In this document: in pieces, positions 30,201 through 44,206 of the stretch | How positions within the stretch are numbered: the first letter of the stretch is position 1 | How the letters are laid out: every line of letters starts with the position of its first letter | Assembly (NCBI GenBank): GCA_020137815.1 | Contig: CM035353.1 | Coordinates: 1,364,001-1,428,000 of the forward strand | DNA length: 64,000 bases | Source of the DNA: Hormiphora californensis | Taxonomy: Eukaryota; Animalia; Ctenophora | Direction: 5' to 3' | Made by a program: the position numbers and the translations under genes | The notes under the pieces: model-generated | What the model was told of the DNA's origin: nothing | Database searches by the model: none | Seen by the model: the letters and a program-made list of their open reading frames with translations, nothing else

Positions 30201-33200
30201 TTACTCTTTCTTAGAGCCCAGTGTTGCCTCAATATTCTTAATTCCTTGGTCCCGTTCCTCCTTGATTTGCCTGAAAATATAATGGGTGTGTTCGGTGTTC
30301 AGCACCTCCTATTTGATTGAATTTGAAACACAACCCAACTGTTGCCAAAAATAGTTTTCACCATTTAAACCATTGCTACGAAGGCTATCCTATTTAAATT
30401 GTTTCATAATGATGTCATAACGATATACCTGATTTCAGCAAGGGCACCAGATTTAGTATTCCTGGCCCCCATCAGCTGCTCAAGGTTAGCCGTTCCCTGG
30501 TCCTTTTCGTCCTTGATATGGCGAATATCTCCAAGGAGGTCTGATTTTGTTGATTTGGCTGCGAACAGTTGTTCCACCTGACAAAGGGGTGGTGTTAAAC
30601 AAACATACCCAAAAGATCGAGATTATATAGAAACAAACAATCATTCAAAATAACTAATAAGAATTAAATTCACGCCCATGAATTCACATTTTTTCGTCCC
30701 TCCTCCTTCTCCTTTCCAATTCCCTCAATTTGAGCATGAAGAGCCGCTTGGTTGGATTTTCCTGCGATGCAACTTTCTAAATTAACTCTGTTTTGTTCTG
30801 CCTCAGCTCCCTTAGCTTCAATGTCAGCCAATAGACCTAGAAATATGGGTGGAGAAAGTTAGGGCGGGTGAAATATCAGCAATCTTATAATTCATGTTCA
30901 AAATAAATGGAGAATTTGACAAGTTTTTACATGTACCGGCTCTTGGACCTACGCCTACATATATCTAACTATATCTAATGCAAATTTGCACGGAAATGTG
31001 ACGACGTGATCCGTCAATGTGACGACGTGATCCGTCAGCGTGACGACATGATCCGTCAGTGTGACGACGTGATTCGTAGGTATCACGTATCACACGTGTT
31101 GAGAACTACTTGCGACTTGAGGGGTCACATCACATGTATAAAAGGGAGAGAAAGAGAGAAAAAGAGAGGGATCACATCACATAGCATATAGCAGACAGGC
31201 AGAGAGAAAAACAGACCCCTCGATTTGCGATCGGTACGATCGCCCCAGTTTTGCTAGTAGACTATAATAGAGTTAGAGCCGACAGTTACTCACCTTTCTT
31301 GGTGGATTGTTGTTTAATTTCCTCCGTCATCTCTTCTTTTCGTTTATGTGTAGTTGAGATTGTCTTAAATTCACGAGTCAGGTTTTCTTTGGCTTCCCTT
31401 GCCTAAAGCAAATGGAGTGCGAAAATTAAATGGGGAATGTATCAGAATTGTTGCCTATTCAGGGGCTGTCTCTGAGACCGCAAAATTCGTTGTGTGGTCC
31501 GCACAAAAGACTAGCAAATTTGGGTGGGTTGTACAAATAAGCACACTGAGCGCGCAAATGATGGAGTTTCGCCAATTTTTTTGTACTATGGGATTCACAA
31601 GACTCTCACCTACTGCTCAGTGAAAACCCGGTGGAAAACGGTTGATCACAAGCTTTGCAGTGATCTAAACCGCTGAGAACTTCATTTCATGATGTATTTC
31701 ATATTTGGTGGGGTACGGCTCTTTATTCGCATGTCACTAAAAATTGAGATAGAAACTCGAAAAAAATCGTCTCATGAGTCATCCAAAATCGTCCATTCTA
31801 CCGATCCCCGGGTTGTTTGGGGTTCCAGGCCCAACCGTCTGGGAGCCTATTGCCACATAAGTAAAAAAGCCGGTTAATTTTTTTCGACCGGGTCATTTCG
31901 CGGTCTCACCAAGTGTCACGTGATCTGAGGTGTTGAAAATTGGATTTCATGTGATTATCTGAGGCTGCAAAACGACTTTTACAAGTAAACATATGAATCT
32001 CTCTCCCTCCCACTATTTTACGTTACAATCTCACTTGTGTGTGCACAGTTACACACAGAAGAGGGGGGGGGACCTTCTACCCTTCTGCTTCACAGGACTG
32101 TGGACCAAGGGCAGTGCTGATCAAACTGTAAACATTTGCAACTAATTGATATCAAAGCAAAAATCACTCTACCCGACTAATTTCAATAGGCTGAATCACA
32201 TGAGCAACTTTTAAAGCTCTCAGAGGTCGATAAAGTGCTCTAATTGGATATAATAGGGTCTAATTGATCTAAATTACAACTTCTCCCATGAAAACGCTAT
32301 GAATTCGTATGAGGGCACTGTACCCACTGACTTGGATACCCTGATTTACATGGGCATCTTTTCTAAGCTCTCAGAGATCGAGAAAGTGCTCTAATTGGGT
32401 CCAATTGACCAAAATAGTTACCAATTTTTCCTGTAATCTCTATAAGTTCATTTTGAGACACTTACCCACTGATTTTGATACCCTGATTCACATGAACAGG
32501 GCATGAGTATCTTTTATAAGCTCATATTTGTGGAAAAAGTGCTCTAATTGAGCATAATTGGGTCTAATTGACCAGAATAATTAACATTTGAGAGGGTGCC
32601 CTCTCTCTCTCAAATCAGTGTGCTAAGTGTCTCCAAATGAACTTATGAACTTATATGAAAAGTGTTAATTATTTTGGTCAATTAATTAATTAGAGCACTT
32701 TATCCACCATTGAGAACTTGGAATAGTTGTTCATTCGAATCAGGGTATCCAAACTAACCTAGTGGGTAAAGTGCCCTCACACGAATTTATACCGTTTCTT
32801 GAGAGGAATCGTAATTTCGATCAATTAGACCCAATTATGCTCAATTAGAGCACTCTTGCCACAAAGAGCTTATAAAAGATACTCATGCCCTGTTCATGTG
32901 AATCAGGGTATCAAAATAAATGGGTAAGTGTCTCCAAATGAACTTATAGGGATTACAGGGAAAATTGGTAATTATTTTGGTCAATTGGACCCAATTATCC
33001 TCAATTAGAGAACTTTATAGATCTCTGAGAGCTTAGAAAATATGCTCATGGGAATCAGCGTATCCAAATCAGTGGCGTAAGTGCCTAATTATATCATGAT
33101 AGTGTTTTCGGGGGAGAAGTTTTAATTTAGATCAATTAGACCAAATTATACTCAATTAGAGCACTTTCTCGATCTCTGAGAGCTTAGAAAAGATGCCCAA

Positions 33201-34486
33201 TGTAAATCAGGGTATCCAAGTCAGTGGGTACAGTGCCCTCATACGAATTCATAGCGTTTTCATGGGAGAAGTTGTAATTTAGATCAATTAGACCCTATTA
33301 TAACCAATTAGAGCACTTTATCGACCTCTGAGAGCTTTAAAAAGTTGCTCATGTGATTCAGCCTATTGAAATTAGTCGGGTAGAGTGATTTTTGCTTTGA
33401 TATCAATTAGTTGCAAATGTTTACAGTTTGATCAGCACTGCCCTTGGTCCACAGTCCTGTGAAGCAGAAGGGTGGAAGGTCCCCCCCCTCTTCTGTGTGT
33501 AACTGTGCACACACAAGTGAGATTGTAACGTAAAATAGTGGGAGGGAGAGAGATTCATATGTTTACTTGTAAAAGTCGTTTTGCAGCCTCAGATAATCAC
33601 ATGAAATCCAATTTTCAACACCTCAGATCACGTGACACTTGGTGAGACCGCGAAATGACCCGGTCGAAAAAAATCAACCGGCTTTTTTACTTATGTGGCA
33701 ATAGGCTCCCAGACGGTTGAGCCTGGAACCCCAAACAAACCGGGGATCGGTAGAATGGACGATTTTGGATGACTCATGAGACGATTTTTTTCGAGTTTCT
33801 ATCTCAATTTTTAGTGACATGCGGATAAAGAGCCGTACCCCACCAAATATGAAATACACCATAAAATGAAGTACCCAGCGGTTTAGATCACTGCAAAGCT
33901 TGTGATCAACCGTTTTCCACCGGGTTTTCACTGAGCAGTAGGTGAGAGTCTTGTGAATCCCATAGTACAAAAAAATTGGCGAAACTCCATCATTTGCACG
34001 CTCAGTGTGCTTATTTGTACAACCCACCCAAATTTGCTAGTCTTTTGTGCGGACTACACAACGAATTTTGCGGTCTCAGAGACAGCCCCTGCTATTTTTT
34101 GAACAAGACAACAGAATTCTGTTGCAGACTGGGAGGTACAGATGGTTTAGTAGTAGTATAATAGTATTACTAAGTACAGGGGTAAAGGAATAGGGACAGA
34201 GGGCTTAAAGTACCTATACTATTAAAGTACTAAGCTATATTACAAATCACAGTGTCCGTACTACAAAAAATAAATATCGAAGCTACATAATATTAAGATT
34301 GAGAAGGGAGGGGCTTCGAACAAGACAATTGGAACGGGAGAAATGAAAAAATGCAAAAGAAGTTGATCCGACAAGTTACTAAAGCTACCTGTGTGCTTTT
34401 GACCTACAGCAGTAAAGGGGGAAATATAGGGGACAGATGGTTTACAGGGAAAGCGGTCAAGTTACAGTCAAACTTGTAATTATAAA

Positions 34487-34550
<64 letters not shown>

Positions 34551-37500
34551 CAGAGAGAGAGAAAGAGAGGAGAGAGAGAGAAGGATGAGATAATAGAGAG
34601 GGGGAGGGTATAGAGTGAGGTAGAGAGTATGAGTAGAGGTAATAGTAGGAAGAGGGAGGCAGAGAGATAAGAGAAATATAAGAGAGAGAGGCTGGAGAGA
34701 GGAGAGATGAGTAGGTCGAGAGAGATTGGTGTTTGTGTGTAAAGTGGATTGGATAATTTTGATATGAGCTTCTGCAGCTGTGCAAGGGTCACCCCTCAGA
34801 AGTCTGTATCAAATATCCACGGAAATTCCGTGGACCGTGGACCATGGAGCGGTATTGTGTGAGGAATTCCTGAATCCTGCCTCTCACTCTGTCAAAACAC
34901 ATGGGCCACGGAATGAAATATGGGGGTGGATTGCGTATCCCAACGGGTGTGATAACAAAAACAGTGAAGAGAATGTAATGTGAGAAGTCGTGGGGGGGTG
35001 GGGTAGATGTGGAGAGATATAGACGATAAAAGGAGGAGAGAGAACAAATCCTAATTTAGGGAACTCAATTGTTAGTGGCAAAAAGCAAGGTTGGACACGG
35101 CTACTGTGGCGGTTATGAATACCGGTATCAAACTTCCTCGTTGTATTGTTCTGGTAAGACCTTATATGGTAAGCAAAAAAAGAGGATGGCCATGAACATA
35201 CACGCAATTCTCCTAAATGATTTGTGCCTTTGTAATTACCCATATGTTCTTGTACGGCATAATTGACTATGACGTTAGAACTGCCAAGTATCAGTAGAAA
35301 CACGAACTGCATTTGCATAATTATTTAAAAGATTCATGATTCAGATTAGGTTAGCTGTTCTGAGAAAGCTCAAAAGATATGTGAGACATGCAAGATAGAG
35401 AGATAGGGAAAGTTAACATAGGAAGGACGTAATGGCTGAGTTAACTTTATTATTGTGGCTGTACCGGCTCGTTCATCCTTACAGTCTACAAAGATAGGAG
35501 ACGGGAGGCTAACGACGGCGAACCGAAGCTGCAAAATGAGAATAAACTGGGGGGTAAGGCCGAACTGGATGCAGAAAGGGGCAACGGTCTGTTTAGAAAT
35601 GGAGGATAACAGAGGGAGGAAGTAGACGAGAGGGGGGAGAATAGAGAGAGTAAGGATGAGAGTGAGAGTAGAGAGTAATAGAGAAGGGAGAGAGAGAGGG
35701 GGAGAGAGAGAAGAGAGAGGGATGGGGGGGAGAGAAAGAGAAGTAGAGAGGATGAGAGAGTAGGAGGATATAGAGAGAGTAGAGAGAGAGAGATATGAAG
35801 AGAAGAGTAGAGAGAGAAGAGATGAAAGAAAAGAAGCAATTGATAGAGTAGATAGAGTAAGATAGGGAGAGGAGAGAGAGAGAAGATGTAGAAACTGGAG
35901 AGAGAAGTGGATAGAGGGGTGGATGTTGGGAGTGGGGATGGAAGGGGGATAGAAGGGGATAGAGTGACAGAGAGGAAAGAGAGTATGGGAGGGGAGAGAG
36001 AAAAAAGGAGAGAGAGACGAGAAGTAGGTGAAGAAGAAGGGGGAGGACGGATGAAGGATGGGGGAGAAGAAGAGGGGGAGAGAGAGAAGATTGAGGGGAG
36101 AGAGAGGAGAGGAAGAGAGAGAGAGAGAGAGAAGAGTATTTGGGCGCAATCATAGTTAGAGGATAAATAGCACCAAGTGGTAGAGTCTCCTGCAATGAGG
36201 ATAGGGAACGGTCATCATAGTCTTGCTCCTGACAAAAAATTGGGTTTCATCATCCAATTAACTGCGTAGGGGCTCAAAAGCAAATTTATCAATGTTTTAT
36301 ATTTCGCTGATACGTAGGACTATCAAAAAGCAGAGTGCCAAACCACTCGCGTTGAAATTCGGCACCGCATTTTGAAATTGGCCAGTTTTAATTTCGAGGA
36401 GCAGGAGGAAGAGCGAAATTCCAGCGACACCGCGACGGAAGTTGGTTGGGAGTTATCCATCATGAATCTAAGGCATGTTGCCAGGAGTTGAAGTGGTGCA
36501 GGTAATCAAATACAATAAACACTTCTGTGCTAAAAGACATTATAAAAGATATGAGAAGTATAAATGCCTTAGCCTTTAGGGTCAGGACGTCATGTCTAAG
36601 ACTACTATATGGACTCGGTATATGTGCTGTAAGTTGGGGGCAGGTAGGGGCTTGAGCCGTGCGCTACGAACAACTATCCTCTTTCAGCATATAAGGTAGT
36701 ACACAAACTAGCATGTCGTTCCAAAGCAGTTTATCAGTTGTCAATATTCAAGAGGGCAACCATGCTATAGTAGGTGGTACAGTGCGTGGGGTTGGTGGGT
36801 GTGCACAACCATGCATGAATGTATTCGTGTATTCTAATAGATAAAAAGCCTAGCAGAGTCTGAGATACGCTGACAAAGTATCTAGGGAATTAGGAAATTG
36901 GTGACGTTCATTGTTTCACATCTATGTATGTAGAGCCTGGAAAGGCCATTCAAATAGAAAAAAAACTAAGTCCCGGAGATCAGGAGATAGACAAAAGTGC
37001 GACCCCAATGCTTGAGTAACGGAAAGAGGAGAGGGTCGCAGAGAATCATGGAACGGTATTCTGTGTTAGTGGTGCCTAAAACCCAGTTGGGAGGGGTCCG
37101 GACGTAAAATAGAACAGAGACAAAAGGAAGGACACGATTTGAGCAGGCTACAAGACAATGGCCCTGCGACAGATCTTTTTACTTTTTCCACGCTTGTGGA
37201 TGGAAACAAACAGGGAGAGAGACGGACCGGAGATTTTACACAACAGTTACCCATATTAAAGAGGGGGGGATGGGCGGGACGCGCCACAGTGCCAGGATGG
37301 GTGTTCATATAAGTTTCTATTTGGTAGCAGGTTGTGGGTCGTGGCCTGCTATACGGGGAATCCCTCAACTTGATTTGATTCGAGTGCAAAACCAGAATTG
37401 AAACGCGGTCTAGGTATTTTGGACACAGGGGTGGGTGTTGCAGGGAGCAATAGCGAGGAAGTGTAATATGAAGTGCAAACCGCGTGTGTAGAGTGTTTAA

Positions 37501-40500
37501 GTGTCCAGGGGAATCCGAGAGGGCGGTAGAGATATAGCAGAGGTCGGACTGCTAGTCCCTAGTAGACCGCTGCTGCGGGTCCAAGTGCCGATAAGTCGCG
37601 TTTATCGGTGATGGAATCAAATACTCAGGTAACGATTTGGTAGGCGATGGTGAGCTCTAAGGTCACTTTACTTAATGGATATTTAACTATGTAGTCGGAA
37701 ATACTGAATTGTGGTAGAGATTGAAGTGATCCTCAAGCAAACCTTTTTCTCCACTGCTATGCAGATGAAGGGGTACACCTCTTCATCTTCAGCTACAGTT
37801 TGACTGAGGATGGGATGGTTTTGAGAGAACCCCCTAGAAATTAGGTTTCCGTAGCTAGCAATACTAAGGCCGTGAATAGTACCAGGACGAATTGAATATT
37901 ATATTATAGGATCGTACCCGTTGCTTTATAATGGCTGCAGCCAATAGCTGGTGCTAAGAGCAACAATTAGGTTTCAAGGGGATAGGGGGAGGTTCAAAGG
38001 GACAATAGAAATAGTTCACTTGGCAAATAGGAAGTGAAGTCTATCAGGATGCATGCGATAGGCAAGGAGAGAGAAAAGAGAGAGACAATATTTATGAAGA
38101 CTAGGGGGAAGGGTATAGCTAGGGGAGCTAGAGGGAGATTGAGAGGAATCGAAACACAGGAAATGATAGACAATACAGGCCGGCGTGTATAATGTAGAGT
38201 GCAACTGATGCAAAGAGTGAATTACAAGTACCATGGCTACTGAAGTCAACAAAAAGTGAATGGGTTAGAAGTTAATTTCAAATAAAAAAGAGCATTCAAT
38301 ATACCCAAGAAGGATTGGAATGGCTGCCAATACAAATTTACCATAAACTGTTTCTAAGCCACCCTCACTGTATGAGACCAAAACGAAATGTAAAAAAGTA
38401 GGCTAAGAAGTCGAAAGACCCCAGGTGGTGGGGCGAAGTTCACTATGAAATTCTTTACGTGTATGTTGGTGTCCACGTGGAAGATCGTTCGGGCAACACA
38501 ACAAATCACAAGGTATTTAGGAAATCGTTATTTGACACATTTTTGTAAGAATGTGGAACACGTCAAATGGAATTGAGAAACTCGGGTGCCAAGTAATAAA
38601 AGGGTGATAGAAGAAACAATAACTGAGATCGTATTTTCAATGGCGACCAAAGCGTCAAGTGACGAAAAGGCGCGGTGTAAGATTATATTCACATTTCCTT
38701 TTTACCTAGCGCTATATTGCCTGCATTGCCGCCCTCTTGTGTCAACATCTGACGAGCTGACCCGATCGATTAGAAATAGAACAAATACCGGGTTTCCTTC
38801 CTAATACGAACGTGGGAGTGGCATGCCTAACCAGCTGCTTGGAATAAGAAGAAAATTACTACCTCAAAGATAGAGGGACGCTGAATCTAGATTGAAAGAG
38901 ATATGACATTGGTGCTGAAACACCTTTGTCGACAGCTCTTGGTATGGCCCGGTTCACCCGTATTAATTATTAGGTTTAAAGTACTACTTAATTAATTATT
39001 ACGTATAATTACCTGGCCGGCCATGGGTGTGGAAACTATCACACGAGGACATCAAGTGTGTTATCCTTCACGGCGGAAGGGTAAAAAGCCATACAGCCGA
39101 CCAACAGACTCCTTCAGACGAACATCTCCCAAGTTACTCTCCTTTTGCGTTTTGCGGCGACGTTCACTACTCGAGGTCGTTCATACGCTGCACCGTGCAT
39201 TACTATTGCCTCGTGGGTGTGTCGAGGTTGATGAGGGTGGTCGGGGGCCTAGGCCAACCTGTAGGTCCTCTTTGGAGTACGAGCGCGCATGGGTATTGAG
39301 GGTGCAAGATAGGAGGGACCATGTGGGGAGGGGGCTGTGATGAAAGGAGGTGGACAGTATAGGGAGGGGCTGCACCACGTGGCGAACGGGAACTGGGAGG
39401 GGTTGGGGCATTACTATTTGCCTGGTAGCTGAATGAGGTGTGGGTGTGTTAAGGGGGGGCCTAGGACCCCCTGGTGGTATGGGGCCGCGGTGGGGGGGAA
39501 GGAGGTAGAGGGGGGGGTTGGAAGAGGGGTGAAAGTGGGTTGGGGGAACCAGGCGGGCGTGTAGTGAGGGTTGGGGGGGGCCTCAAGCCTTATATTAGGT
39601 GTCTCGTTTGGAGGTACAGGGTCCGCGCCCTTTGGGAATGGGGGGAAGTCTCATCTCATATCGGGCTGCGGCTGTTTCCCTCGGCACTCTCTGCAAAAAC
39701 GCAGCTCCCAACTGATCTCTATCTTTCTATTTCCCACCTTACCAGTTACATTTCGTCATGGGGACACATTATCATACCGTGGAGTTTTTTCTTTGCTCTG
39801 TTAATTCTCTGGGTCATGAATCTGTATAGGGGGACACAATGGAAAGCACGTCTAATTGTGAGGCGCGGCGCTGCGGCTATCTGCACGTGCGGTATTGATT
39901 AATTCAGAAGTATTGCTGAGGGAGACAATCAGTTACGTTTAATGGGTGCTGTCCTCGTCTCTTTAATCTCGCGCACGGTAGTGGGATAATATTAGCCGCG
40001 GCGCGGCGCAGTGCTGCACGTGTGCTGGTCTTCCTAGATAGAAATGTCCAGATAGAAACTCCAGATAGGAATTCCAAATACGAGAATGTTTAATGACGCC
40101 TGTATTACCCTTGTTCTGCAGGTCCATCTCGTCTGGCCTTAATGTCTGTCAACCATGATGGAAAGTAGAGTGGAAAAAATGAGAAATTGATCCGGAATCG
40201 TGTATGTTGTTAAAAATTATTGTGCAAGAGATTATAGATGAAGATCAGTCAAAGTTGGTTATAAAGCCGCGTTATGACGGTGTTGATCAGTTTCTGGATG
40301 ACCAGTGGACGATGTGGGAGTTTTCCTACACTTTCGTTTTCCCCTCCCCCTCTTGCGCTCCTTCCCTATCGCAGCGCTCTGCATAGGCTCCAACTCTTTT
40401 TTTCGTCCTTTTGAATCCAGCGTCGACCCAATGGTTAGTTTCAGATATACGCTTGCCTGCTTTGTTGTCCTAAGGTTTGGCGGTTGGGACAGGTGCACCC

Positions 40501-43500
40501 CGGTCTCTTACAGTGGGGCCATCCGCTCCGTTCGTAACTCCTTCTGCCCGCGTTGTTCACTCGTCACATAGAGACAGTCCTTGTCGCCGAATGACGGGGA
40601 CAAGGGGATGAAATTAGAGGGGACCGTCACCAGTTGCACATAAATTCGAAAACACCTAGAGAATCGTGGAAGTAGCAATTTGGGGTGAGGGTTGAACACT
40701 TGGCAAATGAGTTAGGAAAGTACTTGGTATATTCAAATAGGATTGATCGATATAACATTTCCTACGTATTTTGGCGTGTTGATACTGCCCATGGCTTGTG
40801 AGGTCATCCTGTATGGGACTCCACCAGGCGGGCCTCGTTTGCCTGTCTTGTTAACTTTGAAATATCGCTCGTATGAAGATGTATCCCAGTATAAGTGGTA
40901 GACATAGTGGTAGACCATATGGGGTAACATTGTGGTAACATAGTGGTAACATAGGGCATAGGCATAGGGATAACATAGGTGTAACATAGGGATAACATAG
41001 GGGTAAGCTATATTGATAACATATGGGGATGAAAACGATAGGGGTACCATATGGATTACATAGGGGATAAACTCAGGGTAACAGTGTGGTGGGAGACAAT
41101 AGTATAACATAGAGGGTACATAGGGGATAACTACGGGTAACATAGTGATAAAACAACAAAACAAAAAAAACAATTAGGTCTAGCATAGGGTAACAGTAGG
41201 GATTACAGTAGGGATAGAACATAGGGGATAACAACATAGGGGTTAAATAGGGTAGGGCATAGTGTTAACAAGTAGTTGGATGACATAGTGTAGGGATAGA
41301 GGTAACATAGAGGTAACATATGGTGGTACATAGGTAGTAACTAGGTTGGATAACCATAGGGTTAACGATAGGGGTAAGCAATAGTGAGGTGAGACAGATG
41401 GATATACATAGGGTAACATTGGGGTAACATAGTTTTAACCTAGGGATAAACATATGGCTAACTTAGGTAATAGGACGTAGGGATAGGCCTGTTGTTAACA
41501 TTGGTAAACAAATAGTGTACCTAGGGGTTAACCTAATTTTAATGGAATGGGAAGAATGAGAAGATACACCATGATTTGGTTGATACCGGAGAGCAATCTG
41601 TTCAGCAATCAGTTTTGCCGGGGTGTGTGCTATGTGTGGGATGGGGATGGTATCTGTGGGTGAGAACTCGTGTATGAGGGTTGGGGGCAGATGAGGTTGC
41701 AGGATAGGAGGTGAGGAACATCTGATGAGGCACTCGCGAAGCGGCCTGTGTTGAATTTGATAAGTAGGGGTGATATAGAGGAGCACTTGGAGAAATGCGA
41801 AGTTGGTAGTTCTAGAAACGTGTGCAAGTTGTACCGGAACCCCGCAGCTGATCAGTATAGTAGTATGTACTGATCAGTAGTGTACATGAAGGTAGCGAGT
41901 AGGGTACAACAAGTCCTATAGTATGTGGTATTACCTCCATAACGTATCTCTTTTGCTGCCGTAGTGTCACTAATGTCGCCCTCGGATCTCCGTCATTGTG
42001 TTCGCTTAGCGTCCCTCATTGGCTGGCAGATGTAGGTCTTCAGGCTCCTCTGCATCATCACGTCTTCCGGTCTTTGTGTTTCGACCTAGCGTAGAAGAGG
42101 TATTTAGCTGACTGAGTAGGTAGGGAAGAACCGGTCGTAATTAGCCGTAATTTACGCCCACTAATTTTGAAGAGACCGTCGGTAGATTAGCCGTGTTGAC
42201 TTGACTTTTAATTTGTCATCACGAGCACAATACCTGAGAATGTACGACTAGGAACACACTAGCCTAAAATATGAGTATTCAATTCCAGGTGACGTTTTCT
42301 ATTCATTTGAGAAAACATGGCATAAGTTTGGTCTGTGACTCGAACTAGGAGAAATTGAACACGGGTGGAGAGATTAACTTCTTTGTCGGGCGAATAGCAG
42401 TCTGGTTTGAAAGCAGGTTTCGTCCGCGCTAATTATTATGTGCGTACAATTACGATGGTAAAGATGGCAGTTTACTTACTCAAGTATATAAACAAGGTAG
42501 AGCGAAGCTGCAGTATGTAGTAAAGTCTACCTATTGAAGCGAGGGTCTCATTTTCAGCGTGCGATGTCCGTTAGCGGGCGGCCTGGCTTCATTTTCACCT
42601 GGAACTGGGGCCAAATTACCGAATCTTGAACCTGGAATGAATGATCAGATTCAGGGGTCGAAGGGTCCAGAATGGCGGACAAAAGTTGGCTTCAACAAAC
42701 GCTAGCACCAAAATGTTATCTACAGAAGCTCAAAAAATTTCAATGTTTTATTTTCCGATCTAGGAGCTTCGCAGAGGCCAAACACTCGCTTGAAATTCAG
42801 GCAACATTTTGATTCCATTTTTCGGAGAGAGTGAGAGACAAAATTCCACGCTACGACGGTTGGATTATCCATCATTCTAGGGCATGTTGCCAAGTCAGTC
42901 AAACATCAAACACTTCTGTGATGAACATTAGAAAAGTTGAGTTAAACCTTATTTCTAGAAGTATGTCTAGACTCTATAGCTCGTATATTGCTAATAGAGG
43001 AAGCTAGCTCTTAGAACACTTCCTCTTTCAGCATATAAGGTAGTACACTATATCGTTCAAGCAGTATCGTTGTCAAATTGCAAGAACCATAGCTGATATA
43101 GTGTCAGTGCGTGGGTTGTTTGTGCACAAACATCATAATCGTGATTCGTATTCTAATAATAAAAAGCCTAAAATAGATACGCTACAAATATTAAATTAGA
43201 AATTTACTTCATTGTTTCACATCTATGTATAATCAAACATTCAAATAGAAAAAAAATGAAAGGAATAGAGAGAAAGCTGAGAAAAGCTGATAACTCAGAG
43301 ATCATCGGTTCGTATTCCTATCCCATTCACGTAATAAAAAGACAAAGGAAAACACGTGCAGCTGCAAAACATGGCCTGCACAGATCTTTTTCCACATTGT
43401 GGCATGGAAACACACCGATTATACACACATTACCCATATTAAAAGGTAGCACCCCACAGGCATTGTTCATATATTTCTATGTGGTAGCATGGTGATCGGC

Positions 43501-44086
43501 CTGCTATATAGGGGATCCCTCAACTTGATTTGATTCGAGGCAAAACCAGAATTGAACGCGGCTAGGTATTTGGACACAGGGTGGGTGCAGCAATGCGAGG
43601 AAGTGATATTATGCACCGCGTGTAATTTTAATGCCAGGGATCAGAGAGCGAGAGAGAAGAAAAATCGAGCTGTCCTATAACCACTCTGCGGTCCACAGTG
43701 CATATCCGTTATCCGCATGGGAATCGAACTCAGTAACGATGTACGGTGGCTCTAATCACTTTACTAATGAATGCATCAAACTGAATTGTACAATATGAAA
43801 TTCTCAGCAAACTCTCACCAAGAGTCTCAGAACAGTACAGTTCTGTCAGAGCATTGGCCTGACAGGTACAGTTTACTATGGATGGTTTACCCAGAAATTA
43901 ATAACCGTAGACAATATTATAGCTAGGAATAACCAGAGAATAATATTTATATAGCGACCTGCTTTATATGGCCGACCATGCTGCTGCACATAGTTCAAAG
44001 GTTCAAAGGAACAAAGAAACTGTTCACTGGCAAATAAGAGTGCAGAGAGCAAGAGAGAGAGAGAGCAAGAGAGACAAATAGAGAGA

Positions 44087-44130
<44 letters not shown>

Positions 44131-44144
44131 AAGAGAGAGAGAGA

Positions 44145-44206
<62 letters not shown>

